Positions 27,284 to 37,620 of a stretch of DNA of 64,000 nt are shown here, in pieces. This DNA is from Thermodesulfobacteriota bacterium (GTDB lineage Bacteria; Desulfobacterota_D; UBA1144; Nemesobacterales; UBA2774): NCBI GenBank assembly GCA_965216785.1, contig OZ244197.1, positions 3,054,198-3,118,197 of the forward strand, written 5' to 3'. How positions within the stretch are numbered: position 1 is the stretch's first letter; every line of letters begins with the position of its first letter. Below the pieces are notes generated by a model that had not been told where the DNA came from, searched no databases, and was given only the letters and a program-made list of their open reading frames with translations. The position numbers were made by a program, and so were the translations under genes.

Positions 27284-29671
27284 ATGGATAACAGACACAA
27301 CAGCGACGACGGCAGAAAAGGCGGACAGTTAGTCCCGGCACGCGAAGACAGAGCGCTCAGAGATTACGAACAGACACAGGAGATATTACGGGCGTACCCT
27401 GTTGAAGAGGATGATATCAGCATTCTTAGATATCTAGACGTAGTGCTCCGGCGCAAAAAGATTATAATAGCTTTTTTCGCTATAGTCGTCATCACAGCCC
27501 TTATTGGGACATTTCTTTCAGACCCCCTTTATAAAGCGACTGCCAAACTTGAAATTTCACTAGATAATCAACGTATCGTCAACTTTGATCAGGTCGTCGA
27601 AATTGAAGGTAAGACTAAGGAGTTCTACGAAACCCAATATTTACTATTAAAAAGTAAGTCTCTTGCTAAAGAAGTTGTGAACGATCTTAACTTATCGGAG
27701 CATCCCGAGTTTTCGGGCTCAAATAAAGAGCCGGGACCCATATCACAAATTACGAGCGGGGTGAAGAACTCCATATCGGGCTTAATAGGCGGTATAAAGG
27801 GGCTTGTAGTTAAATCCCCTGAAGGCGCCAAGTCTATAGACCCGAAACTCTCTCAATTGAGAAAGCAAGATGGTATGTCCAGCAATTTTGTAAGCAGAAT
27901 AACGGTAGAGCCGATTGGAAAATCCAGGCTTGTGAATATAAGCTTTGAAGCTCACGACAGACAGCTCGCGGCAGACGCCGTAAACGGACTAGCTGACGGC
28001 TTCATCGACTGGCTCCTTGACAGAAAAGTAGACGCGACCAAAAAAGGGAGGGACTTTCTTAAGAAGCAGCTAACCCAAGCTCAAGTTAATCTGGAAAGCT
28101 CTGAAGAGGAACTAAACAAATTCGCCAAGAAAAATGATATCGTTTCTCTTGATGAGAATATGAACATTATTTACCACACATTCACAACCTTAAACGACGC
28201 TTTGGCAGAAGCGCAAAAGGTCAGACTCGAGAAAGAATCGCTCTACAACCATGTTAAAACCGGAAACATCGAATCACTGCCGGTCATAATAAACGATGAT
28301 TATATTCAGGATCTTAAATCGCAGCACGCTACTATAAAATCGGAATACAGCAGGATGAGCGCTACATTTAAGCCCGAATATCCGGCGCTTAAGGAGTTAG
28401 GCGCAAAAGTAGCTTCTCTTGAAGCTAAAATAAGCGAGGCTGAGAATAATGTTGCGGCCTCAATTGAGTCCGATTATAAAGCGGCACTCCAAAAGGAACA
28501 GACACTCCAGGCAAAGTATTCCGAGCAAAAAGACCTTGCTCTGGATCTGAATGAAAGGTCCGTACAGTATAATATTTTAAAGAGAGATGTTGATTCCAAT
28601 AAGTCTATATATGATTCACTGCTCCAGAGATTAAAAGAAACAGAAGTGGCATCGGCAATTACAGCAAGCCATATTCAGGTCGTAGACTACGCCTCTGTAC
28701 CGCTTGCTCCCTTTAAGCCCAATCTAAAGCTCAACTTGCTATTTGCGGGTTTCATAGGCATCTTCGGCGGCGTGTGCTTTGCTTTCTTCCTTGAATACCT
28801 AGATAACACTGTAAGAACACCAGAAGAGGTAAGAGACAAATTAAGACTCCCTCTCATCGGCGGCATCTATGAGCTAGAGAAAACAGAAAAAGAGATGCTC
28901 CCGGTTGAGAAATCCTTCTTACTCGATCCGCGCTCACACATAGCCGAGGCTTTCCGTACCATAAGAACCTCTATAATGTTATCTACACCCGGGAACCCTC
29001 CGCAGACGATACTTGTTACCAGCTGTTTCCCCTCTGAGGGGAAAACAACCGTATCCATAAACCTGGCTTCGTCGTTTGCTCAAGCCGGAAGCAAAGTGCT
29101 TTTATTAGAGGCAGACCTGCGACGCCCAAGAATCGGTAGCATACTAGAGTCAAACGGCAACGGTCTTAGCAGTTATTTAACCGGCAATGCTAGCTTGGGT
29201 GAAGTAATAAAAGAATCGGACTTACCAAACCTTTCGATACTTCCTGTGGGTGCTTTGCCTGTAAACCCTTCAGAGCTACTGGGCTCTGAGCAAATGAGAG
29301 ACTTAATCGATAAACTAAGGGACGAGTTCGAGTATATTATCGTTGACGGACCGCCCTCACTTGGGTTTGTCGACTCTCACCTTTTATCTAACATTGTCGA
29401 CGGAGTGGCTGTCGTAATCAGGGCGGGAAGCACGCCCCGTAAATCGATAAGGGAGTTGATCGATAAACTCTACAGTATCAGGGCAAACTTTCTTGGAGTT
29501 ATCATCAACGGAATAGAGCTTAATCAAAGCGGGTACTACTACAAATCATACAGCTACTACTACGGCGCTAACGAAGAAGATTCAAAAGAAAAAGATAACT
29601 ATCTCCCGGAGCGTGTTGCAGAAGAGAATGACAATAGTGATTTCCAGTCCCCTAAAGACTCAACGTCTTGA
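27284..29671 (+). CDS. wzc: Polysaccharide co-polymerase / BY-kinase (Wzc/GumC family)
   Basis: Two TM segments flanking coiled coil; AEAFRTIRT; Walker A PSEGKTT; ADLRRP; C-terminal Tyr cluster GYYYKSYSYYYG. Confidence 0.92.
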   Translation: MDNRHNSDDGRKGGQLVPAREDRALRDYEQTQEILRAYPVEEDDISILRYLDVVLRRKKIIIAFFAIVVITALIGTFLSDPLYKATAKLEISLDNQRIVNFDQVVEIEGKTKEFYETQYLLLKSKSLAKEVVNDLNLSEHPEFSGSNKEPGPISQITSGVKNSISGLIGGIKGLVVKSPEGAKSIDPKLSQLRKQDGMSSNFVSRITVEPIGKSRLVNISFEAHDRQLAADAVNGLADGFIDWLLDRKVDATKKGRDFLKKQLTQAQVNLESSEEELNKFAKKNDIVSLDENMNIIYHTFTTLNDALAEAQKVRLEKESLYNHVKTGNIESLPVIINDDYIQDLKSQHATIKSEYSRMSATFKPEYPALKELGAKVASLEAKISEAENNVAASIESDYKAALQKEQTLQAKYSEQKDLALDLNERSVQYNILKRDVDSNKSIYDSLLQRLKETEVASAITASHIQVVDYASVPLAPFKPNLKLNLLFAGFIGIFGGVCFAFFLEYLDNTVRTPEEVRDKLRLPLIGGIYELEKTEKEMLPVEKSFLLDPRSHIAEAFRTIRTSIMLSTPGNPPQTILVTSCFPSEGKTTVSINLASSFAQAGSKVLLLEADLRRPRIGSILESNGNGLSSYLTGNASLGEVIKESDLPNLSILPVGALPVNPSELLGSEQMRDLIDKLRDEFEYIIVDGPPSLGFVDSHLLSNIVDGVAVVIRAGSTPRKSIRELIDKLYSIRANFLGVIINGIELNQSGYYYKSYSYYYGANEEDSKEKDNYLPERVAEENDNSDFQSPKDSTS

Positions 29672-29698
29672 TTTTCTTCCGTACGCCAAACGACAGTT

Positions 29699-30925
29699 AT
29701 GAATCTTTCACTGCGTCCTCGCTATAAGCAAATACTAGCTGTCATAGCGATCTTAATAATTGTCGCTTTTTTAATCCATAGCTCATTTAAAACCTGGCTT
29801 GCTTACTCGTACGCTGAAGGCCCTCAGCCCGAGGGGCTCAGACTAGCATACGCAAATGATCCCGGTAATCCCGATTACTCTTTTCTAATCGCATATTACC
29901 TAATGGAATACGATGACCAGTCTTCTTACGAATCAGCATTAGAAGAATACAAAAAAGCCCTCACCCTCTCCCCTTTCAATAATAATTACTGGTTTTATCT
30001 GGCCGAGCTTCTGCATTACGGAGGCCAACGCGAACAAGCTCTATACGCTCTTAATGAAGCTACAACTCTCTCACCGGGTACAGTGTCGCTCAGGTGGAGA
30101 GCCGGCATGCTGGCCTCTAAGCTTGGAGATCGAGAATCGGTGCTCGACAATCTTAGCGCTGTTATTGAATACGATCCCCACAGACGCAGAAAAGCCTTTG
30201 CGCTGCTCTGGCAAGCTGTAGGTAATGAGGATAAAATTTTTAACAGTATTTCAGATAACGCATTATCACCCTATTTTTATTACCTCAGAACAACCGGCAG
30301 AATAGATCAGGCGGGCAAAGTCTTTGAAAGACTGAGAGAGCTAAATTACGATACAAGCATAGTAGCCTATAAATATGTAGCCGATCTGATTCGAAGCGGC
30401 GACATAGACTCGGCAAAACAAATCTGGATAGATACATATGGCGATTGGGATGGAGTATGGAACGGCAGTTTTGATGAAGATATGAAAAACGACGGATTTG
30501 ATTGGAGACTGGGGGTAGTAGATGGCGTTAAGATGAAAAAAGATCTAGACTCTCACAGCGGAGATTACTCCCTCATGGTCACTTTTGATAGCAAGCACGA
30601 CATAGATTTCAGCCATCTATCTCAAGTAATTCCCGTTCAGGATGGAAGTAACTACACAGTAAATCTCTACGTTAAAACTGACGACATATTAACTTCAGAG
30701 GACTTGCAATGGCAGGTCTATTGTTTATATACTGAGGAGCTTAACGCCCGCTCAAGTTCGATAATCGGTACGCATGACTGGAAGCCCTATACCATAACAT
30801 TCACTGCGCCAAAGGGCTGCGGGGCAATAAATCTTCGCCTAATATTGGATAAAAGCGATAAGGTCAATAAGCTCATATCGGGAACCCTGTGGGTAGATGA
30901 TGTAAGCATAACAAAAAATTACTGA
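29699..30925 (+). CDS. TPR protein with C-terminal carbohydrate-binding (CBM4/9-like) domain
   Basis: N-terminal TM anchor; TPR-like helices; WNGSF..GFDW...GTHDW...LWVDDVSI jelly-roll motifs. Confidence 0.7.
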   Translation: MNLSLRPRYKQILAVIAILIIVAFLIHSSFKTWLAYSYAEGPQPEGLRLAYANDPGNPDYSFLIAYYLMEYDDQSSYESALEEYKKALTLSPFNNNYWFYLAELLHYGGQREQALYALNEATTLSPGTVSLRWRAGMLASKLGDRESVLDNLSAVIEYDPHRRRKAFALLWQAVGNEDKIFNSISDNALSPYFYYLRTTGRIDQAGKVFERLRELNYDTSIVAYKYVADLIRSGDIDSAKQIWIDTYGDWDGVWNGSFDEDMKNDGFDWRLGVVDGVKMKKDLDSHSGDYSLMVTFDSKHDIDFSHLSQVIPVQDGSNYTVNLYVKTDDILTSEDLQWQVYCLYTEELNARSSSIIGTHDWKPYTITFTAPKGCGAINLRLILDKSDKVNKLISGTLWVDDVSITKNY

Positions 30926-30933
30926 GAGCGTTA

Positions 30934-32331
30934 TTGAACACTACTATGAGAAGAGCCCCGGAATTGATCCTCGATATCTTAATCAGCGCCGGCATAGCGA
31001 TAATACTGCTGAGTCCTTTTCCCTATGGGACCGTGGAGACGTGGTCGGTCTCCCTATTTGAAATAGTGTCGTTTCTAACTTTAGGGTTATGGTGTCTGAG
31101 AGAAGTTAGCAGCAAGAGAATAAGACTTGCAGCTTCCCCCCTATATCTTCCTATGGGTCTACTTTTTATTTTGATCGTTATTCAGCTAATACCTATGCCT
31201 TTGTCGATTTTGAAATATATTTCCCCTCATACACAAGCCATGCTCAATCAAGCTACGGAGGGGCTTAATTACATTTTCGGCGAGAGTACAATCAGCTCTT
31301 TCACTATCAGCATAAATCCCTATGCGACTAAAGAGAAATTGTTGCTCTACTTCTCTTACGCAGCATTTTTTATAGTTACCTCAAACTACGTTGCAAGCAG
31401 AAATCAGCTCAAAAAATATTTTTGGCTTATACTGGCGGTTGGAGTTATTCAGTCTCTAATAGGTATAGCTCAATACATAAGCAGCGCAAGCGCGCTAGCG
31501 GCGTCCGGCACATATATTAATCCAAATCACTTTGGAGGATTATTGATTTTAATTATCCCCCTTTCTCTGGGCTACATATTATATATGAGTCAAAGAACAA
31601 GAGGCGGAGATAATCTTTTTACTATTATTAGACAATCCAAATTTTCAAACCAGCTACTGCTCTTCTTCGCTACCATTTTAATGGGAACGGGGCTGATAAT
31701 GTCTGAGTCAAGAGGCGCTCTTATATCTGTTTTAGCTGCGATTGCTATATTCTATATACTTCTTTCCTGGAAAAAGAAAACCCGATCTGGAACACTCTTC
31801 ATAGGATTATTTCTCACAATTATTGCTATATACTCATTTTGGATAGGCATCGATCCTGTTATTGAAAAATTTGCAGAAACCTCGGAAACACTACCAAAGC
31901 GAACATTTATTTGGAAAGACACACTGACGATAATTAAGGACTTTCCTCTGTTTGGGACGGGGCTCGGGACATACAGTCTCAGTTTTTCTTTATATAAAAA
32001 TGTCGCGTACTGGCCTACCATTATACAGCACGCTCACAATGATTACCTGGAACTCTTGTCTGAAACGGGAATAATCGGATTTTTGCTAGTAATGTGGGGA
32101 ATAGTAATATTCTATAAGCAGGCTATATCGAAATTTCTAAGAAATAATCCTCACAATGACCCTCTTAGGTATTACTTAGTGCTTGGAGCTATAAGCGGCT
32201 CACTTGGAATGATGGTGCATGTGATTACGGATTTTAATTTTCAAATTCCCGCAAACGCTTACTATTTTACGTTTCTTCTTGGTATATCAACTAGTATATC
32301 TAATGTGTCCAGGCAAAAGAAGAATGTTTAA
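30934..32331 (+). CDS. O-antigen ligase / Wzy-like membrane protein
   Basis: GTYINPNHFGG, SRG, FGTGLGT, HAHNDYLE; many TM helices. Confidence 0.85.
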   Translation: MNTTMRRAPELILDILISAGIAIILLSPFPYGTVETWSVSLFEIVSFLTLGLWCLREVSSKRIRLAASPLYLPMGLLFILIVIQLIPMPLSILKYISPHTQAMLNQATEGLNYIFGESTISSFTISINPYATKEKLLLYFSYAAFFIVTSNYVASRNQLKKYFWLILAVGVIQSLIGIAQYISSASALAASGTYINPNHFGGLLILIIPLSLGYILYMSQRTRGGDNLFTIIRQSKFSNQLLLFFATILMGTGLIMSESRGALISVLAAIAIFYILLSWKKKTRSGTLFIGLFLTIIAIYSFWIGIDPVIEKFAETSETLPKRTFIWKDTLTIIKDFPLFGTGLGTYSLSFSLYKNVAYWPTIIQHAHNDYLELLSETGIIGFLLVMWGIVIFYKQAISKFLRNNPHNDPLRYYLVLGAISGSLGMMVHVITDFNFQIPANAYYFTFLLGISTSISNVSRQKKNV

Positions 32332-32406
32332 AGCGAACATCTAATATTCACAAAGTGTGAATACTTACACAACATTTAGCAGCCCTGATATTACAATATG
32401 CTGCGT

Positions 32407-34323
32407 TTATTTTAGTGATGCTTCAGTCGCATCACCGGACTCTTCAATATCCTCACTTTGCGAATTGCTATAAGTAGGCACCAAGTTTTTTATACTTGAT
32501 ATAATGATTTCATTCGAGTCGCCTCTTTCTGAAATGTTGATGAGCTCATCTACAACATTAAGATAATCCACTTGCTGAGGGTTTTTATCGTGGGCTATAA
32601 AAATCTTTTTTCTTATTGTAACGGTTGTATCTTCCTCTGCCGTAAGAATTTCCTCATACAGTTTTTCTCCGGGCCTAAGACCTGTATAAACTATCGGTAT
32701 GTCCTTATCCGGCACAAATCCGAAGGAGTGGATAATGTTTTTAGCTAAGTCCAGAATATTGACCTGCTTACCCATGTCTAATACAAAAACTTCTCCCCCC
32801 CTGCCCAGCGCGCCTGCCTGAAGCACTAAGAATACAGCTTCATGAATACTCATAAAATACCTCATCATATTTGGATGAGTAACCGTAACGGGCCCACCTC
32901 TTCTTACCTGATCCTTGAAAATAGGTATAACGCTCCCTCTGCTGTCGAGAACATTGCCGAAACGTACGGATACGAATTCGGTTTTATCGCTGCGTGTCTC
33001 CTTGAGCATATTTTCAGAGACTCTTTTCGTCGCTCCCATCACACTTGTGGGGTTTACAGCTTTGTCGGTGGATATGAAAATAAATTTCTCGACATTATTC
33101 TTCAGCGCAAGCTGAGAGGTTACCTTAGTACCTAACACATTATTAAGCACAGCTTCCCTGGCATTTTTCTCCAATAACGGCACATGCTTATACGCTGCGG
33201 CGTGAAAAACTACATTCGGACTATATTCCTTAAATATCTTTCCCATCCCGACTTCATCTTTAACGTCCGCCACGATCGACACGTTAGGCACATGCCTGAG
33301 CTTTTCGCCCATCTCCTTGTTTATATAAAATAGCTCTGTATCCCCAACATCTACAAGTACAAGGAGCTCGGGTTCAAATCCCGATATTTGCCTGCAGAGC
33401 TCAGACCCTATTGAACCTCCGGCGCCAGTGACCAACACGCGCTTACCTTTAATATATGAAAAAATACTATCCACTTCCTGGCTTACGGATTTTCTGCCCA
33501 AAAAGTCCTCTGCCGAAACCTCTTTAAAATCACCTACAGTGACTTTCCCCGCGATAACTTCAGGCAGTCCAGGCATTATCCTAATGTGATCAATCCCTGA
33601 CTCCCGACAGTACTCAAGTATATCGCTGATCTGTGATGACGTTGCGGTAGGTATGGAAAGGATAATCCCTTCAATATTATATTTCGCCACTACTTTAGGT
33701 ATGTCTTTGCTGCTTCCGACAACCTGAAGTCCACGAATATAATTTCCGAGCTTTCCCGGATCGTCGTCTACAAATGCCACAGGGACATAAGAATAGCTCA
33801 GATTAGTCGGCCATTTCAGCTCATTTAGCAAATGCACACCGGCATTTCCCGCGCCGACAATAAGCACTCTCTTCCCTTCCTGCTTTTTATAATCCGATTG
33901 ATAGAAGATCCTGTAACCGAATCGAAGCCCGAAGCTAAACAGAAACGTAAGTAAAAAATCAATTAACGCAACTGATCTCGGATATCCCTCCATTAATGGT
34001 AAATCCCGGAATATAACGCTCAGCAAAGTTAATAAGCCGGCGGATAATAGAGATGCCTTCAATACTCCCTGAAGCTCGTAAAGCGAGAAGTATCTATAGG
34101 AAATTTTATAAAGCTTAAATTGCCAAAATACTGCAAGCTTTATCGGTGCATACAAAGCGAGGAGAAATAATATCTGAGGAATAAAACCGCTCCGTATTTC
34201 CCCTAATCTTATATAATATGAAAAGAACAGTATCACGACAAAAAGCACTAAGTCCGTGGTCAATGTGATCGGGAGTTTATAGTGTCTATTTTCATCTACT
34301 AATCGGATTATTATATTTCTCAA
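32407..34323 (-). CDS. Membrane-anchored NDP-sugar 4,6-dehydratase (PglF/CapD/WbpM family)
   Basis: N-terminal TMs; GAGGSIGSELCRQ, HAAAYKHVP, STDKAVNPTSVMGATK, RFGNVLxSRGSV, GLRPGEKLYEE. Confidence 0.93.
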   Translation of the reverse strand: MRNIIIRLVDENRHYKLPITLTTDLVLFVVILFFSYYIRLGEIRSGFIPQILFLLALYAPIKLAVFWQFKLYKISYRYFSLYELQGVLKASLLSAGLLTLLSVIFRDLPLMEGYPRSVALIDFLLTFLFSFGLRFGYRIFYQSDYKKQEGKRVLIVGAGNAGVHLLNELKWPTNLSYSYVPVAFVDDDPGKLGNYIRGLQVVGSSKDIPKVVAKYNIEGIILSIPTATSSQISDILEYCRESGIDHIRIMPGLPEVIAGKVTVGDFKEVSAEDFLGRKSVSQEVDSIFSYIKGKRVLVTGAGGSIGSELCRQISGFEPELLVLVDVGDTELFYINKEMGEKLRHVPNVSIVADVKDEVGMGKIFKEYSPNVVFHAAAYKHVPLLEKNAREAVLNNVLGTKVTSQLALKNNVEKFIFISTDKAVNPTSVMGATKRVSENMLKETRSDKTEFVSVRFGNVLDSRGSVIPIFKDQVRRGGPVTVTHPNMMRYFMSIHEAVFLVLQAGALGRGGEVFVLDMGKQVNILDLAKNIIHSFGFVPDKDIPIVYTGLRPGEKLYEEILTAEEDTTVTIRKKIFIAHDKNPQQVDYLNVVDELINISERGDSNEIIISSIKNLVPTYSNSQSEDIEESGDATEASLK

Positions 34324-34961
34324 ATTTGAATCACTCCAAAAATTGTTCTGATGATTATTCTTATATCCGTCTGAAAGCTCATATCGTTGATATACTTTCT
34401 ATAAAGTAAGATCTTCTCCGGCAGAATCTCATCTATGTAGGCTTCCTCCACATCTTCATACCCTGCGAGAATCTCTTCTTCGTTCTTAAACTCGAGCGCC
34501 GCATAATCGGTAAGTCCGGGACTGATCTGTAATATATAAGAGTAATCGTTCTCAAATAAATCCACGTATTTTTTAGATTCAGGCCTGGGACCAACGACAC
34601 TCATCTCCCCCTTCAGCACATTATACAGCTGAGGCAGCTCATCCAGTTTATATTTCCTCAGATACTTACCCACCGCCGTTATCCTGTTATCGTCTCGAGA
34701 TGTAATGGAGAGACCTTTAGCTTCAGAGCTATTTGTCATTGTCCTGAACTTGTAGAGTATAAAAGGACTTGCGTTCTTACCCATTCTTGTTTGTTTAAAT
34801 AGACCCGGCCCCTCCCCGGATAGTTTTACAAGTATCCAGATAATTACCAACACGGGTGAAAGCACTATAAGAAATGTTAAAGAAAACACAATATCAAATA
34901 GCCGCTTTCCAAATCCGATATATAAACTTTTAGATTTATACTCTATGCTTTTCACAAACAT
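34320..34961 (-). CDS. Small monotopic phosphoglycosyl transferase (PglC-like)
   Basis: KRLFD, KFRTM, KLDELPQLxNVLKGEMSxVGPRP. Confidence 0.92.
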   Translation of the reverse strand: MFVKSIEYKSKSLYIGFGKRLFDIVFSLTFLIVLSPVLVIIWILVKLSGEGPGLFKQTRMGKNASPFILYKFRTMTNSSEAKGLSITSRDDNRITAVGKYLRKYKLDELPQLYNVLKGEMSVVGPRPESKKYVDLFENDYSYILQISPGLTDYAALEFKNEEEILAGYEDVEEAYIDEILPEKILLYRKYINDMSFQTDIRIIIRTIFGVIQI

Positions 34962-36087
34962 CCTTCACCGTTTGAATTACATATTCGATTTCTGCCTCGC
35001 TCATACCCGGATAAATTGGGAGTGATATTATACGCTCATAGAACCATTCTGCCTCGGGGAAATTCTCCACTCCATAAGAAAACGCATTTTGATAAAATGG
35101 ATGCCTATGAAGAGGAATAAAATGAACACTCGTACCTATACCATTTTCTTTTAACAATTCTATAAACTCTGCTCTATCAATATTCAATTCACCTGGGTCA
35201 ATCTTTAATGCGTAAAGATGGTATGAAGAAACTCTCTCACTGTCCATGTAAGGAGTCATAAGCTGTTTAACATCCGAGAACGCCTCGGTATATTTTTGGG
35301 CTATATGCTTTCTCATTTCCCACATTTTATCCAACTTTCTTAACTGCGAGAGCCCGAGAGAGGCTTGCAGGTCTGTCATATTGTATTTGTAGCCCGTCTC
35401 CAGCACCTCGTAGTACCAGGATCCCCCGTTTGAGTACCTTTTCCAAGCGTCTTTAGATATACCGTGCAGTCTTAGAATTCGCATTCTTTCAGCCCACTTC
35501 TCATTCTCTGTCGTTACCATCCCCCCCTCCCCTGCGGCAAGAGGCTTGGTGGCGTAAAAGCTAAAGCACGTCATATCACCGATTGATCCAACCGGCTTAT
35601 CTTTATAGTAAGCCGGCAGTGAATGTGCGGCATCTTCAATGACAAACAATTTATTGGCCTCCGCTATATCCAAGATTTGATCCATATCACATGGCAGCCC
35701 CCCGTAGTGAACCGGAATGATTGCCCGGGTTCTTGAAGTTATCGCCTTTTCTATAGCAGATATGTCAATATTCCCTGTGGTTCTGTCTATATCTACAAGT
35801 ACGGGTACCGCATTACAATAACAAACAACCTCAGCTGTAGCCGTAAATGTCATTGTAGGAACTATGACTTCCTCGCCCTCCTTTAAATCTATCGCTTTTA
35901 GAGCAAGGTGAAGTGCGGACGTCCCTGAATTTACTGCAACTGCATGCTCTGAGCCTACATAGCCTGAGAATTCACGCTCAAACTCAAATGTCTTAGGCCC
36001 CATGGTAAGCCATCCCGACCGTACGGTATCTAGCAATCCGGAGACTTCATCCTCAGTTATATATGGTTTATGAAATGGTATATCCAT
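34936..36087 (-). CDS. DegT/DnrJ/EryC1/StrS PLP-dependent sugar aminotransferase
   Basis: NSGTSALHL, EDAAHS, FSFYATK, GEGG, GYKYNM. Confidence 0.93.
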   Translation of the reverse strand: MDIPFHKPYITEDEVSGLLDTVRSGWLTMGPKTFEFEREFSGYVGSEHAVAVNSGTSALHLALKAIDLKEGEEVIVPTMTFTATAEVVCYCNAVPVLVDIDRTTGNIDISAIEKAITSRTRAIIPVHYGGLPCDMDQILDIAEANKLFVIEDAAHSLPAYYKDKPVGSIGDMTCFSFYATKPLAAGEGGMVTTENEKWAERMRILRLHGISKDAWKRYSNGGSWYYEVLETGYKYNMTDLQASLGLSQLRKLDKMWEMRKHIAQKYTEAFSDVKQLMTPYMDSERVSSYHLYALKIDPGELNIDRAEFIELLKENGIGTSVHFIPLHRHPFYQNAFSYGVENFPEAEWFYERIISLPIYPGMSEAEIEYVIQTVKDVCEKHRV

Positions 36088-36709
36088 GATTTTATGATTG
36101 AGTACAGAGCAATTTTCACTACTATTAGAACGTCTCCTTGAACATTCTACATAAGCTTCTTCACTAATCTCTGAACACTGCCTATATAGTAAACCAAACT
36201 ATTCTAATTATACAGCAACTTAGCGGCCAATATAACGTAAAAACATTTAAAAGCAACAACTAACCACTCAAATCTAATATTCCATATTAGAATAGGCATG
36301 TAAGTCTCTATCTATACCGCAGCTCTGTCAGATAATACTTTTTTATTGTCATTATTATTCAGATTGCATCAACCCCATCTATTTTATATATAAAAGTGAC
36401 CGGTATGAAAAAGATGATAAAAATGATATAAATGTAGTGTACTATGGTTAAAATAACGATGTATAATTATTATCTGTAGAATGCAGAATATAGTTGGAGT
36501 ATCGTCGGAGAAGATTATATATGATTGTAGGTTCAGAAAAATGAAATGATGCTAAGAAGTTATTTCAAATTCTTGAGGTAATTGTATATGTTTATCAATA
36601 AAAACACGGAGATTAATAATACAAAGCTTCGGAATTTGAGAACCGCAATTCTAGACCCTACACAAGATTAGCAAATTCACCAGCAGTCTGCCCTGAGAGC
36701 AACACCAAT

Positions 36710-37618
36710 ATGCAAAGAACACAAACACAAACTAAAGACAGCGAACCGGATACAAAAAATTCCAAAGTAACCGACGACGAAGCTAATCTTATAGATTACA
36801 AAATTCCCACTTCAGTTCGGGAATCCCGTAAAAATGCATCATTAAACCTAAAGGAAATATGGGCATACCACGAACTTCTATATTTTCTTGTATGGCGGGA
36901 TATTAAAGTACGTTATAAACAAACCGCTTTAGGTGTAACTTGGGCCGTACTTCAACCATTTATGACCATGGTTGTATTTACGATATTCTTCGGCAAACTG
37001 GCAAAAATTTCAACAGACGGCTTTCCGGGACCTATATTTTACTTTTCCGCACTTCTTCCCTGGCAGCTTTTCGCGTATGCCTTAACAAATTCGAGCAACA
37101 GCCTGGTTTCCAACAGCGACCTTATAACAAAAGTATATTTCCCTCGTTTAATAATCCCGCTTTCCTCAACAATTGCAGGGGTTGTAGATTTTTGCATCGC
37201 ATTTTTAGTGCTCATCGCAATGATGCTCTATTACGGCATCACACCGAGCTCAACAATAGTACTGCTCCCTCTATTCATAGTATTTGCCATAGCCACCGCG
37301 CTTGCCGTAAGTTTATGGCTTTCGGCATTGAATGTGAAATATAGAGACGTGCGCTTCACGGTGCCGTTTCTAACACAATTCTGGCTTTTCATCACACCGA
37401 TTGCATACCCGAGCAGCCTTGTGCCTGAAAAATGGCGCATTTTATACGGACTTAACCCCATGGCCGGTGTAGTGGAGGGATTCAGATGGGCTATACTGGG
37501 AAAATCGAGCGGTGTGGGTCCTTTAATCATAGTATCCGGGATAATTGTGATAGTCATGCTAATTGGTGGCTTAATATATTTCAGACACACTGAAAGAACT
37601 TTTGCGGACATAGTGTAA
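36710..37618 (+). CDS. wzm: ABC-2 polysaccharide exporter permease
   Basis: RDIKVRYKQTxLGxxW, KVYFPR, YRDV, NPMAGVVEGFR, FADIV. Confidence 0.92.
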   Translation: MQRTQTQTKDSEPDTKNSKVTDDEANLIDYKIPTSVRESRKNASLNLKEIWAYHELLYFLVWRDIKVRYKQTALGVTWAVLQPFMTMVVFTIFFGKLAKISTDGFPGPIFYFSALLPWQLFAYALTNSSNSLVSNSDLITKVYFPRLIIPLSSTIAGVVDFCIAFLVLIAMMLYYGITPSSTIVLLPLFIVFAIATALAVSLWLSALNVKYRDVRFTVPFLTQFWLFITPIAYPSSLVPEKWRILYGLNPMAGVVEGFRWAILGKSSGVGPLIIVSGIIVIVMLIGGLIYFRHTERTFADIV

Positions 37619-37620
37619 AA

